Of a stretch of DNA of 64,000 nt, positions 1 through 13,085 are shown piece after piece (the first letter of the stretch is position 1; each line of letters opens with the position of its first letter). Location of the stretch: assembly GCF_003018255.1 (NCBI RefSeq), contig NZ_CP027440.1; one strand, written 5' to 3'. The notes beneath the pieces are model-generated. The model was not told where the DNA came from, ran no database searches, and saw only the letters and a program-made list of their open reading frames with translations. Source of the stretch: Escherichia coli. Its GTDB lineage: Bacteria; Pseudomonadota; Gammaproteobacteria; Enterobacterales; Enterobacteriaceae. Position numbers and translations under genes: made by a program.

Positions 1-1
1 C

Positions 2-274
2 GAAGCGAGCATTGAGGAACTGGGCGAGATGCTGCTGGCGAGCTTCGAAAAACATCCGCTGCGCCATCACTTCCCACCGTTTGCGGGCTTTCGTGTTGTC
101 GAAAGTAGCAGCTACTACGGCAAAGGATATCAGGACGTAGAGCATCGTAAACCGAGCATCCGCAATGCCCGCCGCTGCCTGGACTGGGAACCCAAAATTG
201 ATATGCAGGAAACCATCGACGAAACGCTGGATTTCTTCCTGCGCACCGTTGATCTTACGGATAAACCATCATGA
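2..274 (+). CDS. arnA: C-terminal end of bifunctional UDP-glucuronate decarboxylase / UDP-Ara4N formyltransferase ArnA (partial, runs off 5' edge)
   Basis: ORF open from window edge; tail ...[30 protein letters not shown] recognised as ArnA C-terminus; stop overlaps arnD ATG (ATGA). Confidence 0.85.
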   Translation, partial: EASIEELGEMLLASFEKHPLRHHFPPFAGFRVVESSSYYGKGYQDVEHRKPSIRNARRCLDWEPKIDMQETIDETLDFFLRTVDLTDKPS

Positions 275-1161
275 CCAAAGTAGGCTTACGCATTGATGTC
301 GATACCTTTCGTGGCACCCGTGAAGGCGTGCCGCGTCTGCTGGAAATCTTGAGTAAGCATAATATTCAGGCCAGCATTTTTTTCAGCGTCGGCCCGGACA
401 ATATGGGCCGCCATCTCTGGCGACTGGTGAAGCCACAGTTTTTGTGGAAGATGCTGCGCTCAAACGCGGCATCGCTTTATGGCTGGGATATTTTACTGGC
501 AGGTACGGCCTGGCCGGGTAAAGAGATTGGTCATGCCAATGCCGATATCATTCGTGAAGCGGCTAAACATCACGAAGTCGGCCTGCACGCCTGGGATCAC
601 CATGCCTGGCAAGCCCATAGCGGTAATTGGGATCGGCAAACAATGATCGACGATATCGCACGCGGCCTTCGCACCCTGGAAGAAATTATCGGCCAACCGG
701 TAACCTGCTCCGCAGCCGCTGGCTGGCGTGCCGACCAGCAGGTGATCGAAGCAAAAGAAGCGTTCCATTTGCGCTACAACAGCGATTGTCGTGGGGCGAT
801 GCCGTTTCGTCCACTGCTCGAATCAGGAAACCCTGGTACTGCGCAAATTCCGGTGACCTTACCCACCTGGGATGAAGTGATTGGTCGGGATGTGAAAGCA
901 GAAGATTTTAACGGTTGGTTACTCAATCGCATCCTGCGAGATAAAGGCACGCCGGTTTATACCATTCATGCAGAAGTTGAAGGCTGCGCTTATCAGCATA
1001 ATTTTGTGGATCTCCTTAAACGGGCAGCCCAGGAAGGCGTGACATTTTGCCCTTTAAGCGAACTGTTATCAGGGATGTTGCCGCTCGGACAAGTTGTTCG
1101 CGGAAATATTGCCGGACGTGAAGGCTGGCTGGGTTGCCAACAAATTGCGGGTAGTCGCTGA
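271..1161 (+). CDS. arnD: 4-deoxy-4-formamido-L-arabinose-phosphoundecaprenol deformylase
   Basis: 296-aa ORF, polysaccharide deacetylase-like sequence, position between arnA and arnT; stop overlaps arnT ATG. Confidence 0.92.
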   Translation: MTKVGLRIDVDTFRGTREGVPRLLEILSKHNIQASIFFSVGPDNMGRHLWRLVKPQFLWKMLRSNAASLYGWDILLAGTAWPGKEIGHANADIIREAAKHHEVGLHAWDHHAWQAHSGNWDRQTMIDDIARGLRTLEEIIGQPVTCSAAAGWRADQQVIEAKEAFHLRYNSDCRGAMPFRPLLESGNPGTAQIPVTLPTWDEVIGRDVKAEDFNGWLLNRILRDKGTPVYTIHAEVEGCAYQHNFVDLLKRAAQEGVTFCPLSELLSGMLPLGQVVRGNIAGREGWLGCQQIAGSR

Positions 1162-2813
1162 TGAAATCGGTACGTTACCTTATCGGCCTCTTCGCGTTTA
1201 TTGCCTGCTATTACCTGTTACCGATCAGCACGCGTCTGCTATGGCAACCCGATGAAACGCGTTATGCGGAAATCAGTCGAGAAATGCTGGCATCCGGCGA
1301 CTGGATTGTGCCCCATCTGTTAGGGCTACGTTATTTCGAAAAACCCATTGCCGGATACTGGATTAACAGCATTGGGCAATGGCTATTTGGCGCGAATAAC
1401 TTTGGTGTGCGGGCAGGCGTTATCTTTGCGACCCTGTTAACTGCCGCGCTGGTGACCTGGTTTACTCTGCGCTTATGGCGCGATAAACGTCTGGCTCTAC
1501 TCGCCGCAGTGATTTATCTCTCATTGTTTATTGTCTATGCCATTGGCACTTATGCCGTGCTCGATCCGTTTATTGCCTTCTGGCTGGTGGCGGGAATGTG
1601 CAGCTTCTGGCTGGCAATGCAGGCACAGACGTGGAAAGGCAAAAGCGCGGGATTTTTACTGCTGGGAATCACTTGCGGCATGGGGGTGATGACCAAAGGT
1701 TTTCTCGCCCTTGCCGTGCCGGTATTAAGCGTGCTTCCATGGGTTGCAACGCAAAAACGCTGGAAAGATCTCTTTATTTACGGCTGGCTGGCGGTCATCA
1801 GTTGCGTACTGACGGTTCTCCCCTGGGGACTGGCGATAGCGCAGCGGGAGCCTGACTTCTGGCACTATTTTTTCTGGGTTGAGCATATTCAACGCTTTGC
1901 AATGGATGATGCCCAACATAGAGCTCCGTTCTGGTACTACTTGCCGGTCATCATTGCCGGTAGCCTGCCGTGGCTGGGATTACTCCCCGGAGCACTGTAC
2001 GCAGGCTGGAAAAACCGCAAGCATTCCGCAACCGTCTATTTGTTGAGCTGGACGATAATGCCGCTGTTGTTTTTCTCCGTCGCCAAAGGCAAATTGCCCA
2101 CCTATATTCTTTCTTGCTTTGCTCCTCTGGCAATGCTGATGGCGCATTACGCTTTGCTGGCAGCAAAAAATAATCCTCTGGCGTTGCGGATTAATGGCTG
2201 GATTAACATCGCTTTTGGCGTCACTGGCATTATTGCCACATTTGTGGTCTCCCCCTGGGGAGCAATGAACACGCCGGTGTGGCAAACCTTCGAGAGCTAT
2301 AAAGTCTTTTGTGCCTGGTCGATTTTTTCGCTATGGGCATTTTTCGGCTGGTACACCTTAACAAACGTCGAAAAGACCTGGTCTTTTGCCGCGCTTTGCC
2401 CGCTGGGGCTGGCGTTGCTGGTAGGATTTTCAATTCCTGACAGAGTCATGGAAGGAAAACATCCGCAATTTTTTGTCGAGATGACACAAGAATCACTTCA
2501 GCCAAGCCGCTATATTCTTACTGATAGCGTCGGTGTTGCCGCAGGTCTGGCATGGAGCCTGCAACGCGATGACATCATCATGTATCGCCAGACAGGTGAG
2601 TTGAAATACGGCCTTAATTATCCGGATGCGAAAGGGAGATTTGTCAGCGGTGATGAGTTCGCAAACTGGCTTAATCAACATCGTCAGGAGGGGATTATTA
2701 CACTCGTGCTTTCGGTTGACCGCAATGAAGATATCAACAGTCTCGCCATTCCGCCCGCAGATGCCATCGATCGTCAGGAGCGTCTGGTGCTGATTCAGTA
2801 TCGTCCCAAATGA
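1161..2813 (+). CDS. arnT: undecaprenyl-phosphate-L-Ara4N:lipid A arabinosyltransferase
   Basis: 550-aa polytopic membrane ORF; synteny; overlaps arnE start. Confidence 0.92.
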
Positions 2814-3145
2814 TCTGGCTAACATTAGTCTTTGCCAGCTTGCTTAGCGTTGCCGGGCAGTTGTGTCAGAAACAGGCAACCTGCTTTGTGGCGATAAACA
2901 AACGGCGCAAACATATCGTGCTGTGGCTGGGACTGGCGCTGGCTTGTCTTGGTCTTGCCATGGTGCTCTGGCTGCTGGTCTTGCAGAACGTACCGGTAGG
3001 CATTGCCTACCCGATGTTAAGTCTGAATTTTGTCTGGGTGACGCTGGCTGCAGTAAAACTGTGGCACGAACCGGTATCGCCGCGTCACTGGTGTGGGGTG
3101 GCGTTCATTATTGGTGGCATTGTGATCCTCGGGAGTACCGTGTAA
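2810..3145 (+). CDS. arnE: undecaprenyl-phosphate-Ara4N flippase subunit ArnE
   Basis: 111-aa hydrophobic ORF (SMR/EamA-like) directly after arnT. Confidence 0.88.
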
Positions 3146-3531
3146 TGGGCCTGATGTGGGGATTATTCAGCGTCATTATCGCCTCCGCTGCGCAATTAAG
3201 CCTGGGTTTTGCGGCGAGTCATCTGCCGCCGATGACGCACTTATGGGATTTTATCGCGGCGTTGTTAGCTTTTGGCCTGGATGCCCGGATACTGTTACTC
3301 GGGCTGCTGGGTTATCTGCTTTCCGTTTTTTGTTGGTATAAAACACTACATAAACTTGCACTAAGCAAAGCCTATGCCTTGCTCAGTATGAGTTATGTGC
3401 TGGTATGGATTGCTTCAATGGTACTTCCCGGCTGGGAAGGGACTTTTTCGCTGAAAGCACTACTGGGAGTAGCCTGTATTATGAGCGGGTTGATGCTGAT
3501 TTTCCTGCCCACAACAAAACAACGTTACTGA
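3145..3531 (+). CDS. arnF: undecaprenyl-phosphate-Ara4N flippase subunit ArnF
   Basis: In-frame ATG ([12 protein letters not shown]...) inside the 2863..3531 ORF gives the 128-aa ArnF; TAATG overlap with arnE stop. Confidence 0.88.
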
Positions 3532-3791
3532 GTTTTCCCTGCCGCTTTACACTGCCGTTCCCACTCATCGGGGCTATAACAGCTTGCAGAAAGGACTTTC
3601 ACCGTGTGCAGCTTTTCACGATTAATACAGTAAAGCGCATTCTGCAAAGGCGAGAGTAAATCCCCCACTTTCACGGCGAAGTCACTCTTCACTTCGGCGA
3701 TCATTTTTATCGCGCCGCCAGCATCGCAGAGCATAATTACATGTCTGTTATCTTGTTTATTGCAGCACGATTTTTTGACCAGCCATTCCAT
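3525..3791 (-). CDS. pmrD: PhoP-regulated connector protein PmrD
   Basis: 88-aa product [18 protein letters not shown]... from second in-frame ATG of the 98-aa ORF; convergent with arnF. Confidence 0.85.
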
Positions 3792-3900
3792 TGCATTATC
3801 CTGTTTGCTAAGAGTTTTCACATCAATTTACAGATTAACAGATAAACTCTTTATCAACGGCAATGGAATGGCAGAAATGAGAAGTGAAACGGAGGGTTAA

Positions 3901-5256
3901 TTATTGCTGGCGTTGCACCCACTCTTTTAGCGCCTGACGTGAAATTTTAATACCGCCGTTTTTCAGCTCCGGCGGCAGATTCAGCCAGCGCACCGGTTGT
4001 TGAAAACGAGCCAGCTTGTCTTTCACCCATTCGTCAAGATCAACGGTTTGCTGGTCATACTCCACCACCGCCACCGGTCGATGACCAAACTCCTTGTCGG
4101 CAACGGGGACGATAAACACCTGCAAAACCGCAGGATGTGCAGCAATTACGCGCTCGACTTCTTCCGGCTGAATACCCTCTCCGCCACTGAAGAATAGATT
4201 GTCTAAACGTCCGACAATGGTCAGCTTGCCATTATGCATCTCACCGCGATCGCGCGTAGCGTACCAGCCTTCGTCATTAACCAGTGAAACCAGTTGCCCG
4301 TTACGCCAGTAACCTTCTGCCATACTGGCAGCCCGCAGCCACACTTCATCATTAACGATTTTCACTTCCCGACCCGGCAGCGGCGAACCAACGTCTGCCA
4401 GACCGTCGGCTTCTTTCGCACACACCGTGGAGGCAAACTCGGTCAGACCATAGCCGCAAAAGCAACGAATCCCCTGCTCGCGCGCCTGTTCCGTCAACTC
4501 GACCGGGATAGCCGCGCCGCCAAGTAACACCGCTTTCAGGGAAACGGAACTGCGGTTAACCAGCAAACGCCAGAGTTGTGTTGGCACCAGTGAAGCGTGA
4601 GTACAGCCTGCCAGCATTTGCTCCAATGGCTGTTTATCACGCACCGTCATCCGCGCACCAGCGTATAACCAGCGCCACATAATTCCCTGACCGGAGACGT
4701 GAAACAGCGGTAAAGAGAGCAACCAGTCATCGTGATCGCCAAACGGAATCAACGATAACACCCCTTCGGCACTGGCAAGATGGGCCTGATAAGTATGGAC
4801 AGCGGCTTTCGGCAGCCCGGTAGAACCCGAGGTCAACGTCATTGAGCACAGACGCGTCGGCTGCCACGTAGCGGCATGTGCGCCTTCAACCCGCTGAATG
4901 TGCAGCGACGTTAATGCCGGAAACGTGTTTTCCCCATCCGGCACCAGCGCAAATTGCAGCGTAAGATTGGGGAGCAATTCCTCAAGTAACGGTTGCGGCA
5001 GCTGTGGATTCACGGGCAGCACCCGCGCCCCGCATTGCAGTAACGCCAGCCAGGCCAGCAGCGTTTGCGGCGTATTCCACGCCCGCAACATCACGCCGCT
5101 GCCCTCAACCACACCCTGCATCGCAAAGCTGGAGGCTAATTCATCGACGCGAGCACAAAGCTCGCGCCAGTTGAGTTGCTCGTCATTAAGACGTAAGGCG
5201 ATGGCTTCTCCCCGCACTTGCCGCCAGTGACGCCACGGCCAGTCAGAGAAGATCAT
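3901..5256 (-). CDS. menE: o-succinylbenzoate-CoA ligase
   Basis: 451-aa adenylate-forming enzyme ORF; last gene of men cluster; overlaps menC stop. Confidence 0.9.
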   Translation of the reverse strand: MIFSDWPWRHWRQVRGEAIALRLNDEQLNWRELCARVDELASSFAMQGVVEGSGVMLRAWNTPQTLLAWLALLQCGARVLPVNPQLPQPLLEELLPNLTLQFALVPDGENTFPALTSLHIQRVEGAHAATWQPTRLCSMTLTSGSTGLPKAAVHTYQAHLASAEGVLSLIPFGDHDDWLLSLPLFHVSGQGIMWRWLYAGARMTVRDKQPLEQMLAGCTHASLVPTQLWRLLVNRSSVSLKAVLLGGAAIPVELTEQAREQGIRCFCGYGLTEFASTVCAKEADGLADVGSPLPGREVKIVNDEVWLRAASMAEGYWRNGQLVSLVNDEGWYATRDRGEMHNGKLTIVGRLDNLFFSGGEGIQPEEVERVIAAHPAVLQVFIVPVADKEFGHRPVAVVEYDQQTVDLDEWVKDKLARFQQPVRWLNLPPELKNGGIKISRQALKEWVQRQQ

Positions 5257-6215
5257 AACAGCCGCTCCAGTGCATCAACGTCCACTAACGGCAGCAGGCT
5301 CCCCGGCCAGCGACGAACCTGCTGCGCCTGCATCAGATCCAGCGTGTCCAGTCCCGGAATGGTGTCTGGCGTTAACCAGGCAGCAATCCGCGCCAGTTGC
5401 GTTAGACCTAAGCTCGACTCAATGGAAGAACTGATCACCGCCGTCAGCCCCAGCGCATGCGCCGCCTGCACTTGCTCGCGTACTTTCTCCAGGCTGCCCG
5501 TGAGCGTGGGTTTGATAACTACCGCGCGCACGCCCTCTTCAGCCACAAAGGCAAAATCCGGCTCGCGCAGGCTTTCATCCCAGGCAATGGCAATGCCGGT
5601 TTCACGGGCAAACGCACGCGAATCATCGCGGGTTTTGCACGGCTCTTCGAGAAACGCGATGCGGTCGCGATAATCCGGGTTAACGTATTTGGCAAACTGC
5701 TGGCCTTTCAGCGGCGTCCAGGCGCGGTTCGCGTCAAGACGCAAATGCAGATCCGGAATTGCCTCCAGCAACAGATTGACCACCATGCCGTCGCGCACGG
5801 CTTCGTACAATCCCACTTTGACCTTCGCCACTTTCTCGCCCGGCATATCGGCAAGTTTCAGGATCAGATCGTCCGGATCGCCATTACACAGTGGTGCCGC
5901 ACGATAATTGGCCGCCTGCGGGAGCGTGTCTGCCAGCTCCGCCAATGCACAGCTTACGCCAAAGGCGACGGAAGGCATTTGCGGTAGCTCGCTATCACCT
6001 GCCAGCCAGTTATTTACCCAGGCAAGCAGCCCGCTTTGTGCCTCTTCCCAGGTTTCCTGGCTGAAGCCCGGTAGTGGGGAGATCTCCCCCCACCCTTCGC
6101 GCTCGCCCTCACGCAGGCAAACATACAGCCCGTCGCGGGTTTTTAACCGCCTGTCGCGCAGAACCACCCCCGCGTCCATGGGGATCTGCCAGCGGTATAC
6201 CTGCGCGCTACGCAT
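5253..6215 (-). CDS. menC: o-succinylbenzoate synthase
   Basis: 320-aa enolase-superfamily ORF; synteny in men operon. Confidence 0.9.
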   Translation of the reverse strand: MRSAQVYRWQIPMDAGVVLRDRRLKTRDGLYVCLREGEREGWGEISPLPGFSQETWEEAQSGLLAWVNNWLAGDSELPQMPSVAFGVSCALAELADTLPQAANYRAAPLCNGDPDDLILKLADMPGEKVAKVKVGLYEAVRDGMVVNLLLEAIPDLHLRLDANRAWTPLKGQQFAKYVNPDYRDRIAFLEEPCKTRDDSRAFARETGIAIAWDESLREPDFAFVAEEGVRAVVIKPTLTGSLEKVREQVQAAHALGLTAVISSSIESSLGLTQLARIAAWLTPDTIPGLDTLDLMQAQQVRRWPGSLLPLVDVDALERLL

Positions 6216-7072
6216 TACGGATTCCGTTTAAATTTGCTGAAATCAGGCTGACGTTTCTGGTTGAAAGCGTTGCGACCTTCCTGACCTTCTTCCGTCATGT
6301 AGAACAGCATGGTGGCGTTGCCCGCCAGCTCCTGCAGACCCGCCTGACCGTCACAGTCGGCGTTCAGTGCAGCTTTCAGGCAGCGCAGCGCCATCGGGCT
6401 GTTTTGCAGCATTTCACGGCACCAGCGCACGGTTTCTTTTTCCAGATCCGCCAGCGGCACCACGGTATTTACAAGGCCCATATCCAGCGCCTGTTTCGCG
6501 TCGTACTGACGGCACAGGAACCAGATTTCACGCGCTTTTTTCTGCCCGACGATGCGCGCCATGTAGGAAGCGCCCCAGCCGCCGTCGAAGGAACCGACTT
6601 TCGGGCCAGTCTGACCGAAGATGGCATTATCTGCCGCGATAGTCAGGTCGCACATCATGTGCAGAACGTGACCGCCACCAATGGAGTAGCCAGCCACCAT
6701 CGCGACAACCGGTTTCGGGCAGGTACGGATCTGACGCTGGAAGTCCAGCACGTTCAGGTGATGTACGCCGGAATCATCCTTATAGCCGCCGTAATCACCA
6801 CGCACTTTCTGGTCACCGCCGGAGCAGAACGCTTTATCGCCTGCGCCAGTCAGAATGATCACGCCGATGTTGTCGTCATAACGCGCATCTGCCAGTGCCT
6901 GGATCATCTCTTTTACCGTCAGAGGACGGAAGGCATTGCGCACCTGCGGACGATTAATGGTGATTTTTGCGATACCGTCGGTGGATTTTTCATAACGAAT
7001 GTCCTCAAAACCTTCGGAGCAGTCGTGCCATTCAACCGGTGCGTAAAGCATTGCTTCATCAGGATAAATCAT
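6215..7072 (-). CDS. menB: 1,4-dihydroxy-2-naphthoyl-CoA synthase
   Basis: 285-aa crotonase-fold ORF ([17 protein letters not shown]...). Confidence 0.93.
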
Positions 7073-7086
7073 ATTGTGTCCTTTAG

Positions 7087-7845
7087 TCAGAAACGCAAGA
7101 TCTGCGCCAGACTTGCGATTACGCCAGCGGGATTTTCCCGGTGCGCGTTATGTCCGGCGCGAGGAATGACATGGCATTCGGCAGCCAGTTCCGCCGCCAG
7201 GGCGCGGAATTTGCTGTCACGTTCACCACATAAATAATAAAACGCAAATGTGCGGGCGCTAAGGTTAGCACGTAAATCGGGCTGGACGGCGAGAGAAGTC
7301 GCCTCCAGCATGGCGGCAAGTGTTGCGCCATTATTGTTGCTGCGCAGCGCAACCAGCTCCCGGCGTTGTTCGTCATTGAGTGAGGCAAAAACAGGCTGTT
7401 GATACCAGTCAGCAAATACCGCCGTTAACGGTTCTGTGCGAAAACGCTGCGCCCATTGGCGATCGGAACGCTGACGTTCCGTGCGTTGTTCAGCATTTTG
7501 CAACCCAGGATGCCCGCCTTCGACAACACCCCCACAAAGCCCCGCCAGCCCCCGGCAAGCCGCCATCATCGCCACCCGTCCGCCAAGCGAGTACCCCACC
7601 AGCCAGAAGTTAAGGATGTTGTAACTAACTAAGGTTTTACGCAGTAAGTCGGTGACATCATCAAATCCATCGACGCTAATCGCCGCCGAACCACCGTGAC
7701 CTGGGAGATCAACATACAACCGTGAGTAGTCGGCAAACGCCTCGCCCACTTCTTGCCATTCATGGCAATCGCCGGAAAAACCGTGCAAAAACACCAGCCA
7801 GGGTAAACCTGGTTTACCGTGTTTTGCCTGCGCGTGCAGGATCAT
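7087..7845 (-). CDS. menH: 2-succinyl-6-hydroxy-2,4-cyclohexadiene-1-carboxylate synthase
   Basis: 252-aa alpha/beta hydrolase ORF between menD and menB. Confidence 0.9.
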
Positions 7846-9512
7846 AAATGGCTTACCTGCGCCAGCAGTTGCTGGAGGGTTTGCGCACCATCGGTGTCGT
7901 TAACCACCATTTCAATTACCGTGGTGGTCGGCGTGCGCCAGGCGTCGGCAAGTGCCGTTTCAAGTTCCTGCCAGTTTTGCGGACGATGATATTTCAGCTC
8001 GAACATCGCGGCGGCGTGCTCAAAATGGACGTTTTGCGGCATCAGATAGAAACGCTCACGCTCGTTTTTCGGCGTTGGCAACAGCGAGAAAATTTGCCCG
8101 CCGTTGTTGTTCACCACAATTAATACCAGCGGCGCGGAAACCTGACGTAATAACGCCAGCGCGTTGAGATCGTAAAGTGCTGAGAGATCGCCCACAATCG
8201 CCAGCGTCGGTTTGCCACTGGCCCGCTGAACGCCAGCGGCGGTCGAGAGCAGCCCGTCGATACCGCTGGCACCACGGTTGCTGTACACCGGGTAACCTGC
8301 CGGAAGTTGCGAAAGCGCATCAATCAGACGTACCACCAGGCTGTTACCAACAAACAATTGACCCTGTTCAGGCAGATAGTCGCTGATGCGATGCGCCAGT
8401 TGCGCTTCGCCAAACGCATCGCGACGGGCAATAACCGCCTGCATTGCCTGTTCCGCCAGGCGCGGAATTTCAACGCACCAGGGCTGGCGTTTTTCTGCCG
8501 GATGCTGCTCCAGCCAGTCGGCAATATTGGCAATTAAGCGACGTCCACGATGGTGTGCCGGATCAAGTCGCCCTTCGATGTCATCAACAATCCAGTACTC
8601 TTCCGGTTCACAGCTTGCCTGCCATTGCAGGAGCCGTTTGCCCGTCAGGCTGCTTCCCAGTTGCACCACAATTTGTGCCTGTTGCAGTTCGCTGGTCGCT
8701 TTGGCATTGCCTAACCAGAGATCGGCACACGGCAGCGGCTGTCCGGTTTGCGACAGCACGTCGCCAATCAGCGGCCAGCCAAGAGTTTGCGCCCACAGTG
8801 CAACTTTTTTGCCCTCTTCCGCACTCATGCGCCCGGCAACCACCACGCCGCGCTTTTGCCGCCAGAAGAACCAGTCGCGCTGTTTTTCACTTTCCAGACG
8901 AGGCGCTTCACGCAGCCACGGTTTGTCGTCCTGCCACCAGTCGCCCAGCCGCTGTTGCCAGCTAAGCCCGGTGTCGTCCATTTCGCCATACAGCGGTTCA
9001 GCAAACGGGCAGTTGATATGGACTCCGCCCGCATGAAGCGTACCGAGAGCATGGTCGATGGTAGAAACCAGCCAACGTGCAGGAATATCCTGAGTCGGGC
9101 GCGGCAGTGAAATACTGTGCGTGGGGTGAGAGGCGAACATTCCCGGCTGACGAATCGCCTGATTCGCGCCGCAGTCAATTAGCTCCGGCGGGCGATCGGC
9201 GGTTAACAGGATCAGTTTTTCTCCGGTTAACCCAGCTTCAATCAGTGCCGGATAGAGATTTGCTACCGCCGTGCCGGAGGTCACAATCACCGCCACCGGC
9301 TGCTTGCTGACTTTCGCCAGCCCCAGCGCCAAATGCCCCAGTCCACGCTCATCGAAATGGGTGTGGTGAATGAATGCGGAATTCTCCGCCGCCGCTAACG
9401 TTAACGGTGTAGAACGCGAGCCAGGGGCGATACAGATGTGTCTGACGCCGTGACGCGTTAATGCTTCCAGAATGACCGCCGCCCAGCGTCGGTTAAATGC
9501 GCTTACTGACAT
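7842..9512 (-). CDS. menD: SEPHCHC synthase (ThDP-dependent)
   Basis: 556-aa product from internal ATG ([18 protein letters not shown]...) of the over-extended 673-aa ORF. Confidence 0.9.
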   Translation of the reverse strand: MSVSAFNRRWAAVILEALTRHGVRHICIAPGSRSTPLTLAAAENSAFIHHTHFDERGLGHLALGLAKVSKQPVAVIVTSGTAVANLYPALIEAGLTGEKLILLTADRPPELIDCGANQAIRQPGMFASHPTHSISLPRPTQDIPARWLVSTIDHALGTLHAGGVHINCPFAEPLYGEMDDTGLSWQQRLGDWWQDDKPWLREAPRLESEKQRDWFFWRQKRGVVVAGRMSAEEGKKVALWAQTLGWPLIGDVLSQTGQPLPCADLWLGNAKATSELQQAQIVVQLGSSLTGKRLLQWQASCEPEEYWIVDDIEGRLDPAHHRGRRLIANIADWLEQHPAEKRQPWCVEIPRLAEQAMQAVIARRDAFGEAQLAHRISDYLPEQGQLFVGNSLVVRLIDALSQLPAGYPVYSNRGASGIDGLLSTAAGVQRASGKPTLAIVGDLSALYDLNALALLRQVSAPLVLIVVNNNGGQIFSLLPTPKNERERFYLMPQNVHFEHAAAMFELKYHRPQNWQELETALADAWRTPTTTVIEMVVNDTDGAQTLQQLLAQVSHL

Positions 9513-9600
9513 GAGTTTGTCCGGTATCAATATTGCGGCTAAGTATAAGGAGCTACAAAAATAGATTATTGATATGAATCGGTAATGATGCGACTCATTA

Positions 9601-10896
9601 CTATTCCATTTGTAATAAAGTACGCAGCCCTGCCGCTTTGTTATCGATTTCCTGCCACTCTTGCTCGGGGTCAGAACCACGGACAATGCCCGCGCCAGCA
9701 TATAGCCGCACGACATTGCCACTGATTTTTGCTGAGCGCAGGGAAACGCAGAATTCGCTTTGTTGTAAAGAGAGATAGCCCGCAGAACCGGCGTACCATT
9801 CTCGGGTGAACGGTTCGTGACGGGCGATAAACTGTCGCGCCAGATCGCGCGGTAAGCCAGCAACTGCTGCCGTTGGCTGCAACTGATGTAAACAGATCAC
9901 ATCATCCGCTTTGTTGAGTGCAGTCCAGATACAGCGGCGAAGATGCTGCACTTTACGCAGACGCAGTACCTGCGGCGGTAAAACATCCAACGTCTGGGTA
10001 TCGGCCTGCAATCGTTGGCAGATATCCTCCACCACCAACATGTTCTCGCGCTGGTTTTTATCATCCGCCATCAGCCACTCACCTAACTGCTGCGCCTGCT
10101 TATCATCAGGATGATTTGCTACCGTTCCCGCCAGCGCTTCAGTACGCAGCGCTTTGTCACGCCGCCGCCATAACCGTTCCGGTGAAGAGCCAAGAAAAGC
10201 AATTTCGCCATCAAAGGCCATGTAAAAATGGTAGCAATTCAGATTCAGTCGACGACTGGCAGCCATCATCGCCGCCGCATTGACCGGACTTGCGAAATGC
10301 AGGTCAGTTGCCCGAGCAAGCACCACTTTGTCGAGCTCACCTTCGGCGATGGTTTTCGTTGCCAGTTCGATTAATTGCGTCCAGCCCGTTTTGTCCGGCC
10401 AGTGTTGTTCTCGGGTGGTGGTTAAATGTAACCCAGGCAAGGGTTTAATACTCACCAGTGTGGCGATAAATTCTTTTGCCTTAATCGCATCATGCTGAAG
10501 GGAGCTTTCGCTGAATAGCGTCAGCCGCAGCGTGGCTTTACCGCCACAGCGTCGCCATTCGAGGCGTGGTAAAAGTAAATTGCCCTGCGACGGGTCAAAC
10601 GCATTTAGCCCCCAGATGCGTAAGTCGGCGTGTTCCGGGTGCTGACGAAGAAACGTTTGTGCCTGGTCCAACGACGTAAAACGGGTAATCGCGCCCAGGA
10701 CGGCAGCTTCTTCATCACCATTACGTTGTTGCCAGTAGAATTGCGGGTACGTTTGCTGACTGGCCAGCCAGCTCAAGGCATCAAAAGCGTCTTTGAGAGG
10801 GAAAGGAATATCAATAACCCGAATGCCGGGTGTCGCCGGAATCTCTTGCGACAAATGGCGCAGTAGATTTTCCAGCGCCGTAGTAAGTGATTGCAC
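9601..10896 (-). CDS. menF: isochorismate synthase (menaquinone-specific)
   Basis: 431-aa chorismate-binding enzyme ORF at head of men cluster. Confidence 0.9.
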   Translation of the reverse strand: MQSLTTALENLLRHLSQEIPATPGIRVIDIPFPLKDAFDALSWLASQQTYPQFYWQQRNGDEEAAVLGAITRFTSLDQAQTFLRQHPEHADLRIWGLNAFDPSQGNLLLPRLEWRRCGGKATLRLTLFSESSLQHDAIKAKEFIATLVSIKPLPGLHLTTTREQHWPDKTGWTQLIELATKTIAEGELDKVVLARATDLHFASPVNAAAMMAASRRLNLNCYHFYMAFDGEIAFLGSSPERLWRRRDKALRTEALAGTVANHPDDKQAQQLGEWLMADDKNQRENMLVVEDICQRLQADTQTLDVLPPQVLRLRKVQHLRRCIWTALNKADDVICLHQLQPTAAVAGLPRDLARQFIARHEPFTREWYAGSAGYLSLQQSEFCVSLRSAKISGNVVRLYAGAGIVRGSDPEQEWQEIDNKAAGLRTLLQME

Positions 10897-10974
10897 GCGG
10901 ACCTCTCCCTGTTAAAAGCCTCACATTATACGGGGTACGACAAAAAAAATGCAGTACCCCGGTGTAGGGAGGTT

Positions 10975-11280
10975 TTAACGGCGTGCCAGCAACAGTCCTA
11001 GTACCAGCCCAACGGCCGCGCCCACACCAATTCCTTGCCAGGGTTTTTCGTGGACGTAGTCATCAGCACGATAAACAGCCTGCTTCGCCCGATAGTAATA
11101 ACTGTCTGAAGCCTGGCTAACCCGTTTTTTCACATCATCCAGCGCTTTTTCTGCACGCGCTTTCAGCTCAACATATTTCTGATCGGCGGGATCGCCAGAG
11201 GAGCGGAGCACCTCTTCCAGTGTTTCACTAAGCAGCGTCAGGTCATCATCAATACGTGTATCACCAAACTGATTAGACAT
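10975..11280 (-). CDS. elaB: ribosome-associated tail-anchored inner membrane protein ElaB (DUF883)
   Basis: 101-aa ORF with C-terminal hydrophobic anchor. Confidence 0.88.
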   Translation of the reverse strand: MSNQFGDTRIDDDLTLLSETLEEVLRSSGDPADQKYVELKARAEKALDDVKKRVSQASDSYYYRAKQAVYRADDYVHEKPWQGIGVGAAVGLVLGLLLARR

Positions 11281-11334
11281 TCTCGTTCTCCATTTGTGTA
11301 AAACCTGTCACTAACTATAGACAAGGGTTATTGA

Positions 11335-11796
11335 TTACGCCTGAATTACCTCGCGTGCCATCCCAATGTGTGGGATACCATCTTCTTCATAAATATCGGT
11401 CACAGGGATGAAACCAAATTGCCCATAAAAGTTTTGTAAATGCGCCTGCGCCCCCAGATAAATCGGCTTCTCCGGCCAGCGGCGAGTACACGATTCCAGC
11501 GCCTTACTCATCAATTGCTGACCGATTTTTTCACCGCGTAAGGCTTCGCTGACAATCACCCGACCAATCACAACGGGTTGCAGTTCGTCGTCACTTTTCA
11601 GAATCCTCGCATACGCCACCAGTGTCCCGTTATGCCAACCGAGAATGTGGCGATTTTCTCCCTCCAGATCGTCACCATCGATATCCTGGTAAGGACAGTT
11701 TTGTTCCACTACAAATACCGCACAACGCAGTTGTAATAAGGCATAAAGCTGAGAAACGGATAAATCAGAATGATGCAGATCTTGCCAGTCGATCAT
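11335..11796 (-). CDS. elaA: GNAT family N-acetyltransferase
   Basis: 153-aa ORF, GNAT-like; synteny. Confidence 0.85.
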   Translation of the reverse strand: MIDWQDLHHSDLSVSQLYALLQLRCAVFVVEQNCPYQDIDGDDLEGENRHILGWHNGTLVAYARILKSDDELQPVVIGRVIVSEALRGEKIGQQLMSKALESCTRRWPEKPIYLGAQAHLQNFYGQFGFIPVTDIYEEDGIPHIGMAREVIQA

Positions 11797-11860
11797 GGAA
11801 GGCTCCTTTGTGCTGTTTGCTTTATACTAGCCGGAATATTTTCAGCAGCGTGATGAACTC

Positions 11861-12778
11861 ATGGAATTAATTTTTTTAGGTACTTCAGCCGGTGTGCCAA
11901 CCCGTACGCGCAATGTCACGGCAATATTACTTAACCTGCAACATCCGACCCAGAGCGGTCTTTGGTTGTTTGACTGCGGTGAAGGCACCCAGCATCAGCT
12001 ACTGCATACCGCCTTTAACCCTGGAAAACTGGACAAGATTTTTATCAGTCACCTTCATGGCGATCATCTCTTTGGTTTACCCGGCTTGCTGTGCAGTCGT
12101 TCTATGTCAGGCATTATCCAACCCTTAACGATTTATGGTCCGCACGGTATCCGTGAATTTGTGGAGACCGCGCTGCGGATTAGCGGCTCATGGACCGATT
12201 ATCCGCTGGAAATTGTCGAAATTGGCGCTGGCGAAATTTTCGATGATGGCCTGCGCAAAGTGACCGCTTATCCGCTGGAACACCCACTGGAATGCTATGG
12301 CTATCGTATTGAAGAACATGATAAACCGGGTGCATTAAATGCTCAGGCATTAAAAGCTGCTGGCGTGCCGCCTGGCCCACTGTTTCAGGCATTAAAAGCG
12401 GGCAAAACAATCACGCTGGAAGACGGAAGGCAGATTAACGGCGCAGATTACTTAGCCGCTCCAGTGCCAGGTAAAGCGCTCGCTATTTTCGGCGATACCG
12501 GCCCCTGCAATGCCGCACTTGACCTGGCTAAAGGTGTCGATGTCATGGTGCACGAAGCGACGCTGGATATAACCATGGAAGCCAAAGCCAATAGTCGCGG
12601 TCATAGCTCTACACGCCAGGCTGCGACACTGGCCCGTGAGGCTGGAGTCGGTAAGCTAATCATTACCCACGTCAGCTCGCGCTATGATGACAAAGGGTGT
12701 CAGCACCTGTTACGTGAATGCAGGTCAATTTTCCCGGTGACTGAACTAGCGAATGATTTCACCGTGTTTAACGTTTAA
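11861..12778 (+). CDS. rbn: ribonuclease BN / RNase Z (metallo-beta-lactamase fold)
   Basis: 305-aa ORF with HxHxDH motif ([16 protein letters not shown]). Confidence 0.92.
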   Translation: MELIFLGTSAGVPTRTRNVTAILLNLQHPTQSGLWLFDCGEGTQHQLLHTAFNPGKLDKIFISHLHGDHLFGLPGLLCSRSMSGIIQPLTIYGPHGIREFVETALRISGSWTDYPLEIVEIGAGEIFDDGLRKVTAYPLEHPLECYGYRIEEHDKPGALNAQALKAAGVPPGPLFQALKAGKTITLEDGRQINGADYLAAPVPGKALAIFGDTGPCNAALDLAKGVDVMVHEATLDITMEAKANSRGHSSTRQAATLAREAGVGKLIITHVSSRYDDKGCQHLLRECRSIFPVTELANDFTVFNV

Positions 12779-12793
12779 CTCTGCTTATTATTA

Positions 12794-12822
12794 AAAACAG
12801 GGCGAAACTTGCCCTGTTATCG
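12794..12822 (+). terminator. candidate terminator hairpin after rbn
   Basis: ACAGGGC-GAAACTT-GCCCTGT stem-loop followed by a short U-rich tail. Confidence 0.45.
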
Positions 12823-12965
12823 CAACCCGCGCTACATATATCCACCCACACGGGTATATTGAGCGATTTTTGATATTTATTCATCTCCTCACGCACTATA
12901 TTCAGAGCAATAAGTTGCCTCTTTTTATCTTCATTCAGCACAACCTTTGCAACTAAAAGGAGCCT

Positions 12966-13085
12966 ATGATGGTTACAGTTGTCAGCAATTATTGTCAATT
13001 ATCTCAAACCCAACTCTGTCAGACATTTGCAGAAAAATTTACTGTGACCGAGGAATTACTGCAGTCTTTAAAAAAACACTTATAA
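12966..13085 (+). CDS. hypothetical 39-aa sORF ([39 protein letters not shown]), possibly a remnant of a gene lost at this locus
   Basis: AAAGGAG Shine-Dalgarno immediately upstream of tandem ATG ATG; below the ORF-track size cut-off. Confidence 0.25.
   Translation: MMVTVVSNYCQLSQTQLCQTFAEKFTVTEELLQSLKKHL

Noticed and set aside
2863-3531. 222-aa ORF suggesting a larger protein in place of arnF
   Set aside because: Its first 94 codons overlap arnE in another frame; the ArnF sequence starts at the internal ATG at 3145 (MGLMWGLF...), coupled to the arnE stop.
3830-3850. Candidate PhoP box upstream of pmrD (minus-strand GTTTATCTGTTAATCTG)
   Set aside because: PmrD is PhoP-regulated, but the sequence does not fit the (T/G)GTTTA-N5-(T/G)GTTTA direct-repeat consensus well enough to call without comparative or footprint data.
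7842-9863. 673-aa upstream-extended menD ORF reaching toward menF
   Set aside because: The first 117 codons are read-through of the intergenic region; the recognisable MenD N-terminus ([10 protein letters not shown]...) begins at the internal ATG at 9512.
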